64,000 nt of DNA from positions 163 to 64,162 of the forward strand of contig JBAZSW010000007.1 in assembly GCA_041662245.1 (NCBI GenBank), in the 5' to 3' direction. This DNA is from Parcubacteria group bacterium (GTDB lineage: Bacteria; Patescibacteriota; Minisyncoccia; Moranbacterales; UBA9337). The translations under genes and the position numbers were made by a program. Every line of letters starts with the position of its first letter. The stretch's first letter is position 1. Shown here in pieces: positions 29,598-40,038 of the stretch. The notes beneath the pieces were generated by a model. It did no database searches, was not told the DNA's origin, and was given only the letters and a program-made list of their open reading frames with translations.

Positions 29598-30014
29598 ATG
29601 AAAAAAAATAATAAATCTGACATCTTTTTTAATATAAATTTACTCCTAGTAGTTATTTGGATGGGGGTAATTTTTTATTTTTCATCTCTTCAGGGGGACG
29701 GGGTAAAATATAATCCACCCTTGTGGTTTTTTATTGAGAGAAAAGGTGCTCATATTGGTGAGTATTTTATCTTAGTTTTATTTTTAATAAAATTCTTTAT
29801 TAAAAGATATTCTAATTTAAAAGATATATTTGTTATCTCAGCTTTGGTGGCTCTTCTATATGCTTTTACGGATGAGATTCATCAACTATTTGTTTTTGGC
29901 AGAGAAGGGAAGATAACTGATGTAGGATTTGATTTTATTGGAATAAGTTTAGGAATTGTAATAGCATGGTTGTTTTTTAAGATAAAGAAAAGGAAATTAT
30001 CTAGTAAGTTATAA
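29598..30014 (+). CDS. VanZ family membrane protein
   Basis: W...IFYFSS, RKGAH..EY and DEIHQLFV.GR....DV..D motifs. Confidence 0.85.
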   Translation: MKKNNKSDIFFNINLLLVVIWMGVIFYFSSLQGDGVKYNPPLWFFIERKGAHIGEYFILVLFLIKFFIKRYSNLKDIFVISALVALLYAFTDEIHQLFVFGREGKITDVGFDFIGISLGIVIAWLFFKIKKRKLSSKL

Positions 30015-30121
30015 TAGGATATTCTTTCCTTTCCTTTTGGCAAGTGTTATAATAATTTCAATTGAGTTAATGTTTGATGGTACTCATGTTAGTTTTGATT
30101 TAGATTGATTAAATAAATTTT

Positions 30122-31168
30122 TTGATGCGTATTATGTTAGAAAAAATTAAAAAAATTAAAAAGGAGGCTATTGGCAATATAAATAATACTAATTCAATAA
30201 ATGAATTGGAAGATTTGCGCATCAATTACCTGGGTAAAAAAAGCGAATTTAATCAGATTTTAAAAGGCCTAAAGGATTTGACTGAAGAAGAGAAAAAAAA
30301 GGTAGGACCAATGGCCAATGAAGTCAAAAAAGAAATTCAAGAAACTTTAGAAAAAAGAATATTAGATTTGGAAGATTTAGTAGACATGGAAAAGGAATGG
30401 ATTGATGTAACCGCTCCTGGCAAAAAGATAAAAAGAGGACACTTACATCCTATTACTATTGTTCAAAGAGATATTGAAGATATCTTTACTTCGATGGGAT
30501 TTGAAATTGCTGATGGCCCAGAAGTGGAGAGTGAATTTTATAATTTTGATGCAGTTAATGTCCCTGCTGATCATCCTGGCCGTGATATGCAAGATACTTT
30601 TTGGATTAGTAAAGACGAGGATAGGGAAAAAGGAACAGGAACGGTTTTACGGACTCAAACCTCTTCAGTTCAAGTGCGTTATATGCAAACTCATAAGCCA
30701 CCCTTTCGCATAATCATTCCTGGCAGAGTTTTCCGTCAAGAGGCGACTGATGCTAGCCATGAGCATACCTTTCATCAATTTGAAGCTTTGGTGGTAGGAA
30801 AAAAAGTGAGTGTAGCTAATTTTCTTTATATTGCCGAAACATTTTTCTCCCAGTTCTTTGGTAAGAAATTAAATGTACGTTTGCGACCTAGTTATTTTCC
30901 TTTCGTGGAACCCGGTTTTGAGTTTGATATTAGTTGTGCTAATTGTGATGGAAAAGGTTGCAGTGCTTGCAAACAAACCGGTTGGTTGGAAGTGGGTGGA
31001 GCAGGAATGGTGCATCAAAATGTATTTGAAGCAGCTGGATATGAAAAGGGAATTTATCAAGGATTTGCTTGGGGATTTGGGCTAGAGAGACTGGCTATGA
31101 TGAAATATAAGATTGATGATATCAGACATTTTCATGGAGGGGATGTGCGGTTTACGAGGCAATTTTAG
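30122..31168 (+). CDS. pheS: Phenylalanine-tRNA ligase alpha subunit
   Basis: HP.RDMQDTF, LRTQTS, RPSYFPFVEP and GFAWGFGLERL motifs; start may be 30134. Confidence 0.97.
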   Translation: MMRIMLEKIKKIKKEAIGNINNTNSINELEDLRINYLGKKSEFNQILKGLKDLTEEEKKKVGPMANEVKKEIQETLEKRILDLEDLVDMEKEWIDVTAPGKKIKRGHLHPITIVQRDIEDIFTSMGFEIADGPEVESEFYNFDAVNVPADHPGRDMQDTFWISKDEDREKGTGTVLRTQTSSVQVRYMQTHKPPFRIIIPGRVFRQEATDASHEHTFHQFEALVVGKKVSVANFLYIAETFFSQFFGKKLNVRLRPSYFPFVEPGFEFDISCANCDGKGCSACKQTGWLEVGGAGMVHQNVFEAAGYEKGIYQGFAWGFGLERLAMMKYKIDDIRHFHGGDVRFTRQF

Positions 31169-31170
31169 GA

Positions 31171-31203
31171 TAGTAACTAGTAATCAGTAACTAGTAACTA
31201 GTA
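31171..31203. repeat. Heptamer array (TAGTAAC)n, left arm
   Basis: tagtaac tagtaat cagtaac tagtaac tagta. Confidence 0.9.
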
Positions 31204-31217
31204 TTAATGTAAATGAT

Positions 31218-31589
31218 ATGAATAAAATAAATAATTTTTATGATTTGGATGCTTGGAAAAAGGGACATTTGCTGGTATTGGAGATTTATCAGATCACTGA
31301 CAATTTTCCTAGAAATGAAATTTATGGAATAATAAGCCAAATAAGGAGAGCAGCTAGTTCGATAACTGCAAATATTGCTGAAGGGTTTGCAAGATATCAT
31401 TTTAAGGATAAGATTAAATTTTATTATAATTCGAGAGGATCTGCAGCGGAGGTTCAGAATTTCTTATTTTTAGCTAAGGATTTAAACCATATTGACGAAG
31501 AAAGATTTAAAAAATTAGAAGAAAAAACAAATGAAGTTGGAAAATTAATAAATGGATTAATCCGATCAACGGAGAGACAAATAAAATAA
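31218..31589 (+). CDS. Four-helix-bundle protein (23S rRNA IVP / TIGR02436-like)
   Basis: F.DL.AW, FP..E.YG..SQIRRAA.SI.ANIAEG and RGS..E motifs. Confidence 0.93.
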   Translation: MNKINNFYDLDAWKKGHLLVLEIYQITDNFPRNEIYGIISQIRRAASSITANIAEGFARYHFKDKIKFYYNSRGSAAEVQNFLFLAKDLNHIDEERFKKLEEKTNEVGKLINGLIRSTERQIK

Positions 31590-31610
31590 AAAATAATTAG
31601 TTTAATCATA

Positions 31611-31646
31611 AATTACTAGTTACTAATTACGAGTTACTAGTTACTA
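31611..31646. repeat. Heptamer array (TAGTTAC)n, right arm, inverted relative to the left arm
   Basis: aattac tagttac taattac gagttac tagttac ta. Confidence 0.9.
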
Positions 31647-31652
31647 ACGTAC

Positions 31653-34034
31653 ATGCTATTCAGTTACAATTGGCTTAAGGAATTAAGTGAAACAAAAAGA
31701 ACACCTGAAGAAATTGGAAAGGATTTAACTTTGCACAGTTTTGAGGTGGAAAAAATAGAAAAACTTGGACAAGGTTTGGAAATGGTTGTGATTGGTAAAG
31801 TTTTGGAAGTGGTTAAACATCCTAACGCCAATAAGTTAAATGTGGCTAAAGTTAATGTGGCTAAGGAAAATGAGCCTGATAATATTTTACAGATTGTATG
31901 CGGGGCACCTAATCTAGCTGAGGGACAAAAAGTACCTGTAGCTTTGGTGGGTGCAGTTTTGCCTAGTAATTTTGAAATAAAGGAAGCAGAAATTCGGGGG
32001 ATAAAATCATCGGGAATGATTTGTGCTGAAGATGAATTAGGAATTGGCGAATATCACAATGGAATTATGGTTTTAGATGAAAATGCGCCAGTAGGAGAGA
32101 AATTTGTCGAGTTTATGAATTTGAACGATAATATTTTAGAAATAGATGTCCTTCCTAATCGTGCTCATGATGCACTTAGTTATGAAGGAGTTGCACGCGA
32201 GATTGCACTTTTAGAAAAAAGAAATATTTTAAATGAAAACAAAAAGATAGCTGATGAGTTTACAGTTGATAATAATTTGAAAATTTCAATTGAAACAGAA
32301 AAATGCTCACGTTATATCGGAGCTAAAATTGTTGGCATTAAAATTATTGACTCGCCTGATTGGATTAAAAATAGATTGAGAGCTTCGGGCCTAGTTTCTA
32401 TCAACAATGTAGTTGATATTACAAATTATGTAATGTTGGAAACAGGACAACCTTTACATGCTTTCGATGCTAAAGGAATCAATGAGATAAAAGTAAAAAT
32501 GGCTAAAAATGGAGAAAAACTAGCTATTTTAAATGGTGAAGAGATAGCCCTAAGAGAAAATGATATTGTTATTACTGATGGAAACAATCCGATTGCCCTA
32601 GCGGGAGTAATGGGCGGATTGGAAAGTGGGATTGCGAATGAGACTACGGAAATTATTTTAGAAGGAGCTAATTTTGATGCGGTGAGTATCCGCAAGACAA
32701 AATATAGTCATAATATTCAATCAGATGCAGCTTATCGTTACGAGAGGGATATTGACGTTAATCTTACCGAAAGAGCAATGTTAAAAGCGCTTAAGTTAAT
32801 AATGGAAGTAACAGGAGGAGAAATAAAAGCTATCAGTGATAATTATCCCAATGAAATAAAATCTTGGGAAATTAAATTGGAATTAGAAAAAATTGCCAAG
32901 CTTTTAGGCGTAGAAATTCCATTAGAAGAAATAATTGATATTCTAGAAAAACTAGGAATAAAAGTTTCAAGAGAGGAAAATATTTTAAGTTGCTTAATTC
33001 CCACTCGGAGAATTGATTTGAAAAATCAGGAGGATTTAATTGAAGAAATTGGGAGAGTTTTTGGCTATACTAAAATTTTAACTAAACCTCTAAATGAAAA
33101 AATTCAAGCTCCTCATAAAAATGAAGAGCGAGAATTGGAAAGGGTATTGAAAGATATTATGGTTCACAGTGGTTTTGATGAAATCAAGGGATATTCTTTT
33201 TATTCACGAAAGGATGCTAAAACGCTAGGATTAAATGATGAAAATCACATATCTTTAATCAACCCCATGAATCCTGATCAGGAATTAATTCGTAGGACTT
33301 TAGTTAGTGGACTTTTGCGATCAGCTAAAAAAAGTTTAAGTTATTATGAAAATATTGCCATTTTTGATATGGGAAAAGTTTATGTTCCTAGTAGCAATTC
33401 ATTGCCTGAAGAAAAATTAATTCTAAGTGCTTTAATTGTAGAAAAAGGAAATGATGGAGAACAATTTTTTACTTTGAAGGGAGTTGTGGAAAATTTATTG
33501 ACCAAGATTAAAATTTTTGATATAAAATTTTCAGGTGAGTTTGATGAAGATAAAGAAGATGTAATATCTTTTCACCCTTCTCGAAAAGCCATTATCAGAA
33601 ATAGCCAAGGAGTAAAATTGGGAGTTATCGGTGAAATAACCAAGAGTGCTCATAAATATTTTGGAATTAAAAAAATGCGAGCTTGTGTTTTTGAATTGGA
33701 TGCAGTAGCTATGTTAAAAGAAATTACTCGCGAAAAAATTTATACGCCACTTGCTAAATTTCCAGCTGTTAATCGTGACATCTCCATGGTGGTGGATAAA
33801 AGAATGGTGACTTCAAAAGTAGCGGAGGTGATAGTTTTCTTTGGGGGAGATTTATTGCAAGATGTGACTTTATTTGATACCTTTATAAACCCTGAAACCA
33901 AAGAGCGTTCCATGGCTTTTCATCTAATTTTTGCTCATCCCGAAAGGACTTTGACTGCTCAAGAAGTGGACGATAAAATTGAAGAAATTAGTGCCAAGTT
34001 AGAAGAAGAATTGAAGGTGGTGATAAAGAAATAA
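31653..34034 (+). CDS. pheT: Phenylalanine-tRNA ligase beta subunit
   Basis: HPNA.KL, IVCGAPN, NNVVDITNYVMLETGQPLHAFD and FPAV.RDIS motifs. Confidence 0.97.
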   Translation: MLFSYNWLKELSETKRTPEEIGKDLTLHSFEVEKIEKLGQGLEMVVIGKVLEVVKHPNANKLNVAKVNVAKENEPDNILQIVCGAPNLAEGQKVPVALVGAVLPSNFEIKEAEIRGIKSSGMICAEDELGIGEYHNGIMVLDENAPVGEKFVEFMNLNDNILEIDVLPNRAHDALSYEGVAREIALLEKRNILNENKKIADEFTVDNNLKISIETEKCSRYIGAKIVGIKIIDSPDWIKNRLRASGLVSINNVVDITNYVMLETGQPLHAFDAKGINEIKVKMAKNGEKLAILNGEEIALRENDIVITDGNNPIALAGVMGGLESGIANETTEIILEGANFDAVSIRKTKYSHNIQSDAAYRYERDIDVNLTERAMLKALKLIMEVTGGEIKAISDNYPNEIKSWEIKLELEKIAKLLGVEIPLEEIIDILEKLGIKVSREENILSCLIPTRRIDLKNQEDLIEEIGRVFGYTKILTKPLNEKIQAPHKNEERELERVLKDIMVHSGFDEIKGYSFYSRKDAKTLGLNDENHISLINPMNPDQELIRRTLVSGLLRSAKKSLSYYENIAIFDMGKVYVPSSNSLPEEKLILSALIVEKGNDGEQFFTLKGVVENLLTKIKIFDIKFSGEFDEDKEDVISFHPSRKAIIRNSQGVKLGVIGEITKSAHKYFGIKKMRACVFELDAVAMLKEITREKIYTPLAKFPAVNRDISMVVDKRMVTSKVAEVIVFFGGDLLQDVTLFDTFINPETKERSMAFHLIFAHPERTLTAQEVDDKIEEISAKLEEELKVVIKK

Positions 34035-34189
34035 ATTATTTCAATAAAGGTTCTTTAAATAAAAAAAGATTTATTGGCTGGGTGTTTAATATTTGCATAT
34101 TATATTTTTTAGTAAATAAATATTAAGCACCAACGGGGTGTCTTAATGGAGGATGAAATTATTATCAATTTTACCAAGGAGCAAGTTCT

Positions 34190-34390
34190 ATGACAGTGCT
34201 AATAAAAAAACAATGTTCCCAATGTAAAAAAAAGATGGATACCATTGAGGAAGTTGTAAGTTGCGTTTATTGTGGAGGTGCATTGCATACACTCTTGGGT
34301 GTATGTTCACCCATAAGAAAGTCTTCCAAAAAGAAGAAGACTCGAGGAAACAGACATAGCAGTGTGCGAGAAATCGAAATAAGGGCTTGA
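34190..34390 (+). CDS. Small basic Zn-ribbon protein, hypothetical
   Basis: CSQC...CVYC; SD AAGGAG; terminator at ~34421-34452. Confidence 0.6.
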   Translation: MTVLIKKQCSQCKKKMDTIEEVVSCVYCGGALHTLLGVCSPIRKSSKKKKTRGNRHSSVREIEIRA

Positions 34391-34673
34391 TAATACAATT
34401 TCTTCCCACACAGAAATTACAAGGGTGCTGATCTAACAAGATTGGCACCCTTACTTATTTTTTAAGGGGAGGATAAAATTAAGTAACGATTAAAAAGATA
34501 GAAATATGAATAATAATTAAGAAAATTGATAATTTTAGATTAGGTGATTAAATATAAATAGGGGGTTTCTCTACAATAAATGGCATTTGATTTAATTATA
34601 TCTTGGGTGTTATAATGGTTTTGTGAGTTTACTAAAGAAGAGAGAATTAATTATTGGGAAATAAAAATAAATT

Positions 34674-36002
34674 ATGAAAAATCTAAGAAAGCAGGATCCA
34701 AAGATTTATAATGCGATTAAAAACGAAATTAAAAGGCAAGAAGATGGATTGGAGCTTATTCCTTCTGAGATTGCTGCTTCAATTCCTGTAATGGAAGCTT
34801 TGGGGTCAGTAATGACTAACAAATACAGCGAAGGCTATCCTTTTAAAAGATATTATGGTGGACAAGAAAACACGGATATTATAGAAAATTTAGCTATCGA
34901 AAGAGCTAAAAAAATATTTGGCGTGCCTCATGTAAATGTGCAACCTTATTCAGGTAGTCCTGCGAATTTTGCAGTGTATGTGGCTACTTGTAATCCGGGA
35001 GATACTGTTTTGGGTCAAAATCTTCCCGATGGAGGACATTTAACTCATGGATGGAATGCTAGTGCTACCAGCAAATTTTTTAATACTATCTTATATCATG
35101 TAAAATCAGATGGTTACCTAGATTTAAAAGAAATACAAGAATTAGCCATTAAACATAAACCAAAATTAATTTGGGTAGGAGCTACGGCTTATGTAAGAGA
35201 ATTTCCTTTTAAGGAATTGGCTAAAATTGCTGATAGTGTAGGGGCTTATTTAGCGGCCGATATTGCTCACATCGCAGGATTAGTTGTTGCGGGAGCGCAT
35301 AAGAGCCCTGTGAAATATGCGCATATTATTACGACTACTACTCATAAGACATTGCGTGGTCCTCGAGGAGGAATGATTATGGTTACTAAAAAAGGATTGA
35401 AAAAAGATCCAGAGTTATCTAAAAAAATTGATAGAGCAATTTTCCCCAATCTTCAAGGGGGACCACACAATCATCAAACAGCAGCCATTGCCGTAACCCT
35501 AGGTGAAGCGATGAAACCTGCTTTTAAAAAATGGGGAATGCAAGTGGTAAAAAATGCCAAAGCATTAGCTAACGAATTGACTAAAAAGGGGGTGAAGTTA
35601 GTTAGTGGAGGAACGGATAATCATATGATGCTTATTGATTGTGGAAAAGGAAGAGGGATATTTTTACAAGAGGCTTTTGATAAAGCAGGAATGACGGTTA
35701 ATAAAAACACTATTCCAGCCGATCCATCATCTCCTTTTTATCCAAGCGGAGTGAGATTAGGAACTCCTTTTATAACTGTGCGTAATATGAAAGAAAAAGA
35801 GATGAAAAAAATTGCTACTTGGATGCAAATTGTCATAGAAGAAATAAAAGAATTTGATTTTCCCGAGGACAAAAAAGATTTTCCTCAATATATGAAAAAA
35901 TTCAGAACTTTTATTGGAAAAAATAAAAAAATAAAGGAAGTCCGTAGCGAAATTAAAGCTATGTGCAAAAAATTTCCAGTGTATCAGGATTTAAAGTGGT
36001 AA
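34674..36002 (+). CDS. glyA: Serine hydroxymethyltransferase
   Basis: NKYSEGYP..RYYGG, GGHLTHG and TTTHKTLRGPRGG motifs. Confidence 0.97.
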   Translation: MKNLRKQDPKIYNAIKNEIKRQEDGLELIPSEIAASIPVMEALGSVMTNKYSEGYPFKRYYGGQENTDIIENLAIERAKKIFGVPHVNVQPYSGSPANFAVYVATCNPGDTVLGQNLPDGGHLTHGWNASATSKFFNTILYHVKSDGYLDLKEIQELAIKHKPKLIWVGATAYVREFPFKELAKIADSVGAYLAADIAHIAGLVVAGAHKSPVKYAHIITTTTHKTLRGPRGGMIMVTKKGLKKDPELSKKIDRAIFPNLQGGPHNHQTAAIAVTLGEAMKPAFKKWGMQVVKNAKALANELTKKGVKLVSGGTDNHMMLIDCGKGRGIFLQEAFDKAGMTVNKNTIPADPSSPFYPSGVRLGTPFITVRNMKEKEMKKIATWMQIVIEEIKEFDFPEDKKDFPQYMKKFRTFIGKNKKIKEVRSEIKAMCKKFPVYQDLKW

Positions 36003-36050
36003 ATTAATGGTATAAAATTAGAAACACAATTAGTATGTGTTTCTACAAAG

Positions 36051-36121
36051 CGGGATGTAGTATAGTGGTAGTACGCAAGGCTGGGGGTCTTGTAGTCCGA
36101 GTTCGATTCTCGGCATCCCGA
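36051..36121 (+). tRNA. tRNA-Pro(GGG)
   Basis: CGGGATGTAG...CAAGG CT GGG GG TCTTG...GTTCGATTC...CATCCCGA. Confidence 0.93.
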
Positions 36122-36147
36122 CGTAATAGAATTAAGAATGAGGAATT

Positions 36148-36966
36148 ATGACTAGCAAAAAAAATAAGATAAAAGGAATAATCTTAGCAGGTGGAACGGC
36201 TACTCGTCTTTTTCCAATGACGGCCACAACCAGCAAGCAACTTTTACCAGTTTATGATAAACAAATGATTTTTTATCCTCTGAATACTTTGGTAACTGCG
36301 GGAATAAGGGACATTTTAATTATTGTTGCCCCAGAGCATAGCGGACAATTTTTAAATTTATTGGGTTCTTTATTTAGAAAATATGACATCCACATTTCCT
36401 TTGAAGTACAATCTGTCCCAAGAGGGTTAGCTGAGGCCTTGGTCTTGGGAGAAAATCATATCGGAGATGGTAGTGTGGCATTGATATTGGGAGATAATAT
36501 TTTTGAAAATAATTTTTCTTCTCAAATCAAATCTTTTAAATCAGGTGGACATATTTTTGCTAAAAAAGTTGTTGATCCTGAGAGATTTGGAGTAGTAAAA
36601 TTTAACAAAAATAATCGAGCCGTAGAGATTGTTGAAAAGCCCAATAATTGGATTAGCGATTATGCGGTTACAGGCTTGTATCTATATGATAATCAATCAG
36701 TAGAGATTGCTAAAAAAATGAAACCTTCCAAGCGAGGAGAAATTGAAATTACGGATATAAATAAGTATTATTTAAAGAAAAAAAAGTTGGAAGTCACATT
36801 GTTTGATGGAGAATGGCTGGATGCCGGAACTCCTGACTCATTATTGGAAGCTAGTCAAATAGTAAAAGAAAAAGGAATTTCAAAGAATTTTCATCCAATT
36901 TTAAAAAAAGCCATTGAAGAATTTAACGAAGAATTAAAAATAAGGTCAAAAAAGAAATTACAGTAG
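36148..36966 (+). CDS. rfbA: Glucose-1-phosphate thymidylyltransferase
   Basis: GIILAGG.ATRL.P, KQLLPVYDK, LILGDN and WLDAGT motifs. Confidence 0.93.
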   Translation: MTSKKNKIKGIILAGGTATRLFPMTATTSKQLLPVYDKQMIFYPLNTLVTAGIRDILIIVAPEHSGQFLNLLGSLFRKYDIHISFEVQSVPRGLAEALVLGENHIGDGSVALILGDNIFENNFSSQIKSFKSGGHIFAKKVVDPERFGVVKFNKNNRAVEIVEKPNNWISDYAVTGLYLYDNQSVEIAKKMKPSKRGEIEITDINKYYLKKKKLEVTLFDGEWLDAGTPDSLLEASQIVKEKGISKNFHPILKKAIEEFNEELKIRSKKKLQ

Positions 36967-36974
36967 CAAATAGT

Positions 36975-37152
36975 AATTTGCTCAATTTCAAATTTTGAAT
37001 TTAAAATTTCCAATGAATTTCTAATGGATAAATGATTGAATTTAAGAAAATAAAATTTGATAATACATTTTAAAATAGTTAATAAATATAATTAAATAAA
37101 CATTAAAAATTATAATTTGATTCGAAATTCAAAACTCGAAATTCAAAATTAT
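36975..37152. repeat. Degenerate inverted heptamer-like arrays (AATTTYV / YGAAATT type)
   Basis: aatttca aattttg aatttaa aatttcc ... ttcgaaa ttcaaaa ctcgaaa ttcaaaa, between rfbA and galU. Confidence 0.65.
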
Positions 37153-37156
37153 TTCA

Positions 37157-38032
37157 ATGATTATGCAAAAAATAAAAAAAGCAATTTTACCCGTTGCCGG
37201 ATTTGGAACTAGGTTCCTGCCGGCTACTAAAGCTCAACCCAAAGAGATGTTACCAGTAGTTGATAAACCCGTAATTCAATATTTAGTGGAAGAGGCAGTG
37301 GCTGCGGGAATTGAAGAAATAATTTTTGTAACTGGACGAGGCAAAAGAGCGATTGAAGATCATTTTGATAGCTCCTTTGAGTTAGAATACAATTTAGTAG
37401 AGAAGGATAAAAAAGATTTATTAGAGGAAGTAAGGAGAATATCGGGCTTGGCTAAATTTTCTTACGTAAGACAATCTCAGCCATTGGGCGATGGTCATGC
37501 AATTTTACAAGCCGCTCATCTTGTTGGAGATGAGCCTGTGTTGGTTATATTTGGAGATTGCCTCTATGATAGTGAGGTGCCTGCTTCAAGACAATTGATG
37601 GATACTTTTGAAAAATATGGTGACCCAGTTATTGGATTAAGCGCCATAGAAAAGAAGGATGTGTCAAAATTTGGAGTAATCGACGGAGTGGAATTAGATG
37701 AACATACTTGGGAAATTAAAAAAATGGTAGAAAAGCCAAAAGTTGAAGAAGCACCTAGCAATCTAGTGGCTGTAGGAAAATATATTATTACGCCGAGTGT
37801 TTTTGAAACATTAGCTAATATGAAACACGGTAAATCGGGCGAAATTAGATTAGCCGATGCTTTCGATATAATGTTAAGTGAAAATAAACCATTGTATGGG
37901 AGAATTTTAGAGGGAGCGTGGTTGGATACTGGTAATAAAATTAATTTCATGAAAGCAGCCATTCATTTAGGACTAAAACATCCGGAAATAAAGGATGATC
38001 TTAAAAAATATTTAAAGAGTTTGGGTATTTAA
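37157..38032 (+). CDS. galU: UTP-glucose-1-phosphate uridylyltransferase
   Basis: AGFGTRFLPATKAQPKEMLP, EDHFD and VEKP motifs. Confidence 0.95.
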   Translation: MIMQKIKKAILPVAGFGTRFLPATKAQPKEMLPVVDKPVIQYLVEEAVAAGIEEIIFVTGRGKRAIEDHFDSSFELEYNLVEKDKKDLLEEVRRISGLAKFSYVRQSQPLGDGHAILQAAHLVGDEPVLVIFGDCLYDSEVPASRQLMDTFEKYGDPVIGLSAIEKKDVSKFGVIDGVELDEHTWEIKKMVEKPKVEEAPSNLVAVGKYIITPSVFETLANMKHGKSGEIRLADAFDIMLSENKPLYGRILEGAWLDTGNKINFMKAAIHLGLKHPEIKDDLKKYLKSLGI

Positions 38033-38037
38033 AATGC

Positions 38038-38787
38038 ATGAATCAAATAAAAATATTAGGAGTAAAAATAGATAATATTTCTGAAAAAGAAGTTCTCCTT
38101 AAAATAGAAGAATTTTTGAATGAGGATAAAATGCATCAAATTGTCACGCTTAATCCAGAAATTATCCTAAAGGCACAAGAAGATGATGTATTAAAAAGTG
38201 TTTTGAATAGGGCAGAATTGTCTTTGGCTGATGGAATAGGGATAAGATTTGCGTTGTGGCGATTTGGAAGGCATTTGCGAGTGAAAATGACGGGCATTGA
38301 TTTAATGTGGAAAATTTTAGAAATAGCCAACGAAAAAAAAATGACAGTTCTATTAGTGGCCAATAAAGGAGGGCTAAGTACTTGGCAGGAAACTAGGGAT
38401 GCTATTTTAAAAGTTTATCCTAATATAAAAATTAGTGGAGTATCTATTGATCCATCTGCTGGACATTTTGATAGGAGCATTGAACTTTCCAGTTTAAATA
38501 TAAAAGAGGGACATACTACTTTTGATATTTTATTTTGTAATTTTGGGGCCCCTTACCAAGAAAAATTTATCGCCAGTTTGAATCGTTGGAATAATTGGGC
38601 GCGTTTGGCTGTGGGAGTAGGGGGGAGCTTTGAATTTATAACTGGGAAGATAATGCGTGCGCCAAAGATATTTAGAAAAATCGGACTGGAATGGTTTTGG
38701 AGATTTTCTATTGAACCAAGATACAGAATTAAGAGAATCATTAAGGCTGTTATAATCTTTCCTATAAGAGTTTTATTTAATAAGTAG
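38038..38787 (+). CDS. WecB/TagA/CpsF family glycosyltransferase
   Basis: T.NPE, ADGIG, GAPYQE, GVGGSF and RAP....GLEW motifs. Confidence 0.9.
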   Translation: MNQIKILGVKIDNISEKEVLLKIEEFLNEDKMHQIVTLNPEIILKAQEDDVLKSVLNRAELSLADGIGIRFALWRFGRHLRVKMTGIDLMWKILEIANEKKMTVLLVANKGGLSTWQETRDAILKVYPNIKISGVSIDPSAGHFDRSIELSSLNIKEGHTTFDILFCNFGAPYQEKFIASLNRWNNWARLAVGVGGSFEFITGKIMRAPKIFRKIGLEWFWRFSIEPRYRIKRIIKAVIIFPIRVLFNK

Positions 38788-38798
38788 TTATAAAGTAA

Positions 38799-39377
38799 AT
38801 GAAAATAGAATTCGAAGCTACTTTTGCCAATATAAACAAAAATGACATTAGAAATCGACTCAAAAAAGCTGGGGCGGTCTTAGCGCGAGGGGAATTTATG
38901 CAAAAGAGAGTTACCTTTAATTTTCCTACCGGACACGAAAATGAAAATGGATGGCTAAGGGTGAGGGATGAGGGTGATAAAATAACGATGATTATTAAAA
39001 TTATTGATGGCGAGAAAATTGAAAATCAAAAAGAAATAGGCTTAACTGTAAATGATTTTTCTGAAGCAGTGGAACTTTTAGAAACTATTGGTTGCAGGAA
39101 AAAATCTTATCAAGAAACCAAGCGGGAATTATGGATGCTGGACGAAGTGGAAATAATGCTAGATGAATGGCCATTTCTCGAACCTCTTGTGGAAATTGAG
39201 GGGAAATCAGAAGAAGCTGTCAAAAATGTTTCAGAAAAGTTAGGCTTTGATTACGCCCAAGCATTTTTTGGTTGTGTCAGCCCGCTTTATGCTAAAAAAT
39301 ACGGTGTAACCGAGGAATTTGTAAATAATCATGTGGCAGAAATAATTTTTGAAGGCAAAAATCCGTTTGAGAAATAA
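38799..39377 (+). CDS. CYTH domain protein (CyaB-like)
   Basis: IEFE motif, LRVRDEG, ETKRE.W and VEIEG. Confidence 0.85.
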   Translation: MKIEFEATFANINKNDIRNRLKKAGAVLARGEFMQKRVTFNFPTGHENENGWLRVRDEGDKITMIIKIIDGEKIENQKEIGLTVNDFSEAVELLETIGCRKKSYQETKRELWMLDEVEIMLDEWPFLEPLVEIEGKSEEAVKNVSEKLGFDYAQAFFGCVSPLYAKKYGVTEEFVNNHVAEIIFEGKNPFEK

Positions 39378-39381
39378 TTTT

Positions 39382-39612
39382 ATGAATAAAAAATCAGGTT
39401 GTTTTAATAAAAATATAATTTCAAAAAATATTTTTGAACGTGAAATTGAATTATGTAAGCAATTAAATAAAGAAAGTAAAAGCACAGGTTGCAATTGGGG
39501 AAAATGTGCCAATTGCGGTGTAATTCCATTACTTATAAAATTGCACAAGGGGATATTGCTTGAAGATAAAAAGGAATTAAAGGAAATAAAAAAAGAAATT
39601 TTTAATAAATAA
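39382..39612 (+). CDS. Small Cys-rich hypothetical protein
   Basis: C...CNWGKC..CGV pattern; in operon context. Confidence 0.65.
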   Translation: MNKKSGCFNKNIISKNIFEREIELCKQLNKESKSTGCNWGKCANCGVIPLLIKLHKGILLEDKKELKEIKKEIFNK

Positions 39613-39655
39613 TAAATAAAAATTTAAAATCGCTAATTATTAAGCAATCTTAGAT

Positions 39656-40024
39656 ATGGTTACACTTGGATTAAAAAAATTTATAGAGTCGAATGCAATG
39701 GCTCTGTCAACAGTTGGAAGAAATGGCAGTCCACATAATATTGCAGTGGCTTATGTTAAAGTTGTTGATGGTAAATTGGTGATATCTAATGCGCACATAA
39801 AAGAATCAATTAAGAATATAGAGAAAAATGAAAATGTTTCTTTGGCTATTTGGAATAAAGAATGGGAAAAAGCTTGTATTGGTTATGAAATTATAGGAAA
39901 AGCAAAAAACTATAGTAGTGGTAGGTGGTTTGATTTTGTTTGCAGCATGCCAGATAACGATGGGTATAAAATTAGCAGTGCCATAGTTGTAAAAATTATC
40001 AAGATAAAAAAACTTGAAGCATAA
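39656..40024 (+). CDS. Pyridoxamine 5'-phosphate oxidase-like FMN-binding protein
   Basis: LSTVG.NGSPH and NI..N.NVSL motifs. Confidence 0.75.
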   Translation: MVTLGLKKFIESNAMALSTVGRNGSPHNIAVAYVKVVDGKLVISNAHIKESIKNIEKNENVSLAIWNKEWEKACIGYEIIGKAKNYSSGRWFDFVCSMPDNDGYKISSAIVVKIIKIKKLEA

Positions 40025-40038
40025 AACATTTATTAAAG

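Noticed and set aside
31218-31589. Diversity-generating retroelement (Avd-like gene) or rRNA intervening sequence
   Set aside because: No reverse transcriptase, template/variable repeat pair or rRNA gene in the window.
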